Assembly (NCBI GenBank): GCA_010356995.1
Contig: ML996700.1
Span: 803,038-823,037 of the forward strand
Source of the DNA: Trichodelitschia bisporula
Taxonomy: Eukaryota
Length of the DNA stretch: 20,000 nt
Direction: 5' to 3'
Shown: positions 19,177 to 20,000 of the stretch, one piece after another
How the letters are laid out: each line of letters starts with the position of its first letter
Numbering within the stretch: position 1 is the stretch's first letter
The notes under the pieces: model-generated
What the model was told of the DNA's origin: nothing
Databases searched by the model: none
The model's input: only the letters and a program-made list of their open reading frames with translations
Made by a program: the position numbers and the translations under genes

Positions 19177-19748
19177 CGATCCCCCCCTTAAGGGGCGAGC
19201 TCCTGCGAGCCAGCCTTACACCTATTGCGCCGCCCTCAGGACCTCCAAATGCCCACTCTAAGATCCCACTCCAAAATCCCATCAAACCTCCTTTTTTAAC
19301 ACCATCAGGGTGTTAAAATGAAGTGTGAACTTGACTGAGTTGCTTGACTAACTAGCAGTGGGAAGTGGGCTGACTATATACATCGCCGGGAGACGACCCC
19401 TGTTTCCTGGCTCCACTCCAGCCACCCCAGGTTGCCACCACAAATTCAACACAGGGCCAATCTTGCTGCAATGTTGTCCTCCACATCCTTCTCCCAGGCA
19501 TCCCAAGTCTCGGAGGTATACTTCTTGAATGACTCATGTGGTCCCGGTTTGGATCGATATGTGCGGTGGAAAGCCGCTATCAACGCCGGGCATCCCACCA
19601 AGTCATCCCAGTCGTACCACTTCCGGTCATCAGGCCAGCCTCTCCACTTCACCATGTACTGCAAGTACTCTCTTTTGCCCGTCAACGGGTCTTTCTTCCC
19701 CTTGAACACCCGCGAATTCAAGACCTCTTCAACTTCCCACTCTGCTTC
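19177..19748 (-). mobile_element. Family A internal 3' end: chromodomain-coding region, 3' UTR and PPT, interrupted by a solo LTR
   Basis: EAEWEVEEVLNSR...LQYMVKWRGWPDDRKWYDWDDL..CPALIAAFH...KPGP is a chromovirus chromodomain. Removing the solo LTR plus one TSD restores ...ARLAL-MVLKKEV* (stop 19282-19284). Confidence 0.88.
19311..19451 (-). mobile_element. Solo LTR of family C (141 bp) with 5-bp target-site duplication CAGGG
   Basis: TGTT...AACA termini; CAGGG at 19306-19310 and 19452-19456; homologous to 15697-15837; internal TATATA. Confidence 0.93.
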
Positions 19749-20000
19749 TGTTGAAAGGGGATGAGTGATCAATGAAGACATCACAGCATCATAAGTTGGA
19801 CCAAGGGTCTGTCCATGAACAAGTTGCTTTGATTGTCAAAGAGATAGGGATCCCGAGTCTACTTGTACTCGAGCTCTGTGGCTGAACCTGGGTAAGGCTG
19901 AACACAGCCACCGCTTTCCAACACTCCCCCTCAGACGAAACCCAGTGAAAAGGTAGGGCTACGCTCACAAAGACACAAAGCTCCCACATGTGTGGTGCTC
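19749..20000 (-). mobile_element. Copia-type family D: 3' LTR (19749-19923, 175 bp), PPT and internal sequence running off the window, inserted at the start of the family A chromodomain
   Basis: Imperfect terminal inverted repeats TGTTGAAAG...CTTTCCAACA. The minus-strand PPT TGAGGGGGAG (19933-19924) abuts the LTR. Chromodomain homology stops at 19748. Confidence 0.78.

Noticed and set aside
19294..19318. 10-bp inverted repeat TTTTAACACC/GGTGTTAAAA at the solo-LTR junction (MITE end or terminator?)
   Set aside because: One arm is host sequence and the other is largely the LTR terminus; the TSD fully explains the junction, so this is probably coincidental.

Overview
Fungal (ascomycete-type, GC-rich, very short GT-AG introns with CTAAC/CTGAC branch points) genomic window with two sharply different halves. 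Bases 1-13000 are gene-dense: 5'-truncated uricase (+, PTS1 -AKL), mitochondrial ribosomal protein uL13m/MRPL23 (-), C-4 methylsterol oxidase ERG25 (-), a leucine-rich-repeat protein (-), a coiled-coil hypothetical protein (+) and a compact PAS-containing hybrid histidine kinase (+). Bases 13534-20000 are a nested LTR-retrotransposon pile with three assembly gaps. It holds at least four LTR families: two Ty3/Gypsy chromovirus-type (A, B) and two short Ty1/Copia-type (C, D). It includes an open gag with a -1 frameshift signal into pol, a solo LTR with an intact 5-bp TSD, and two inverted (fold-back) arrangements. The most notable non-coding observations are a candidate AtrR + SrbA/SREBP module upstream of ERG25, a G/C-run tandem array in the divergent LRR/coiled-coil promoter, and an orphan canonical intron in an intergenic region. 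I found no clearly new biological system; the findings are structural or regulatory hypotheses to test. All coordinates and identities were read by hand.
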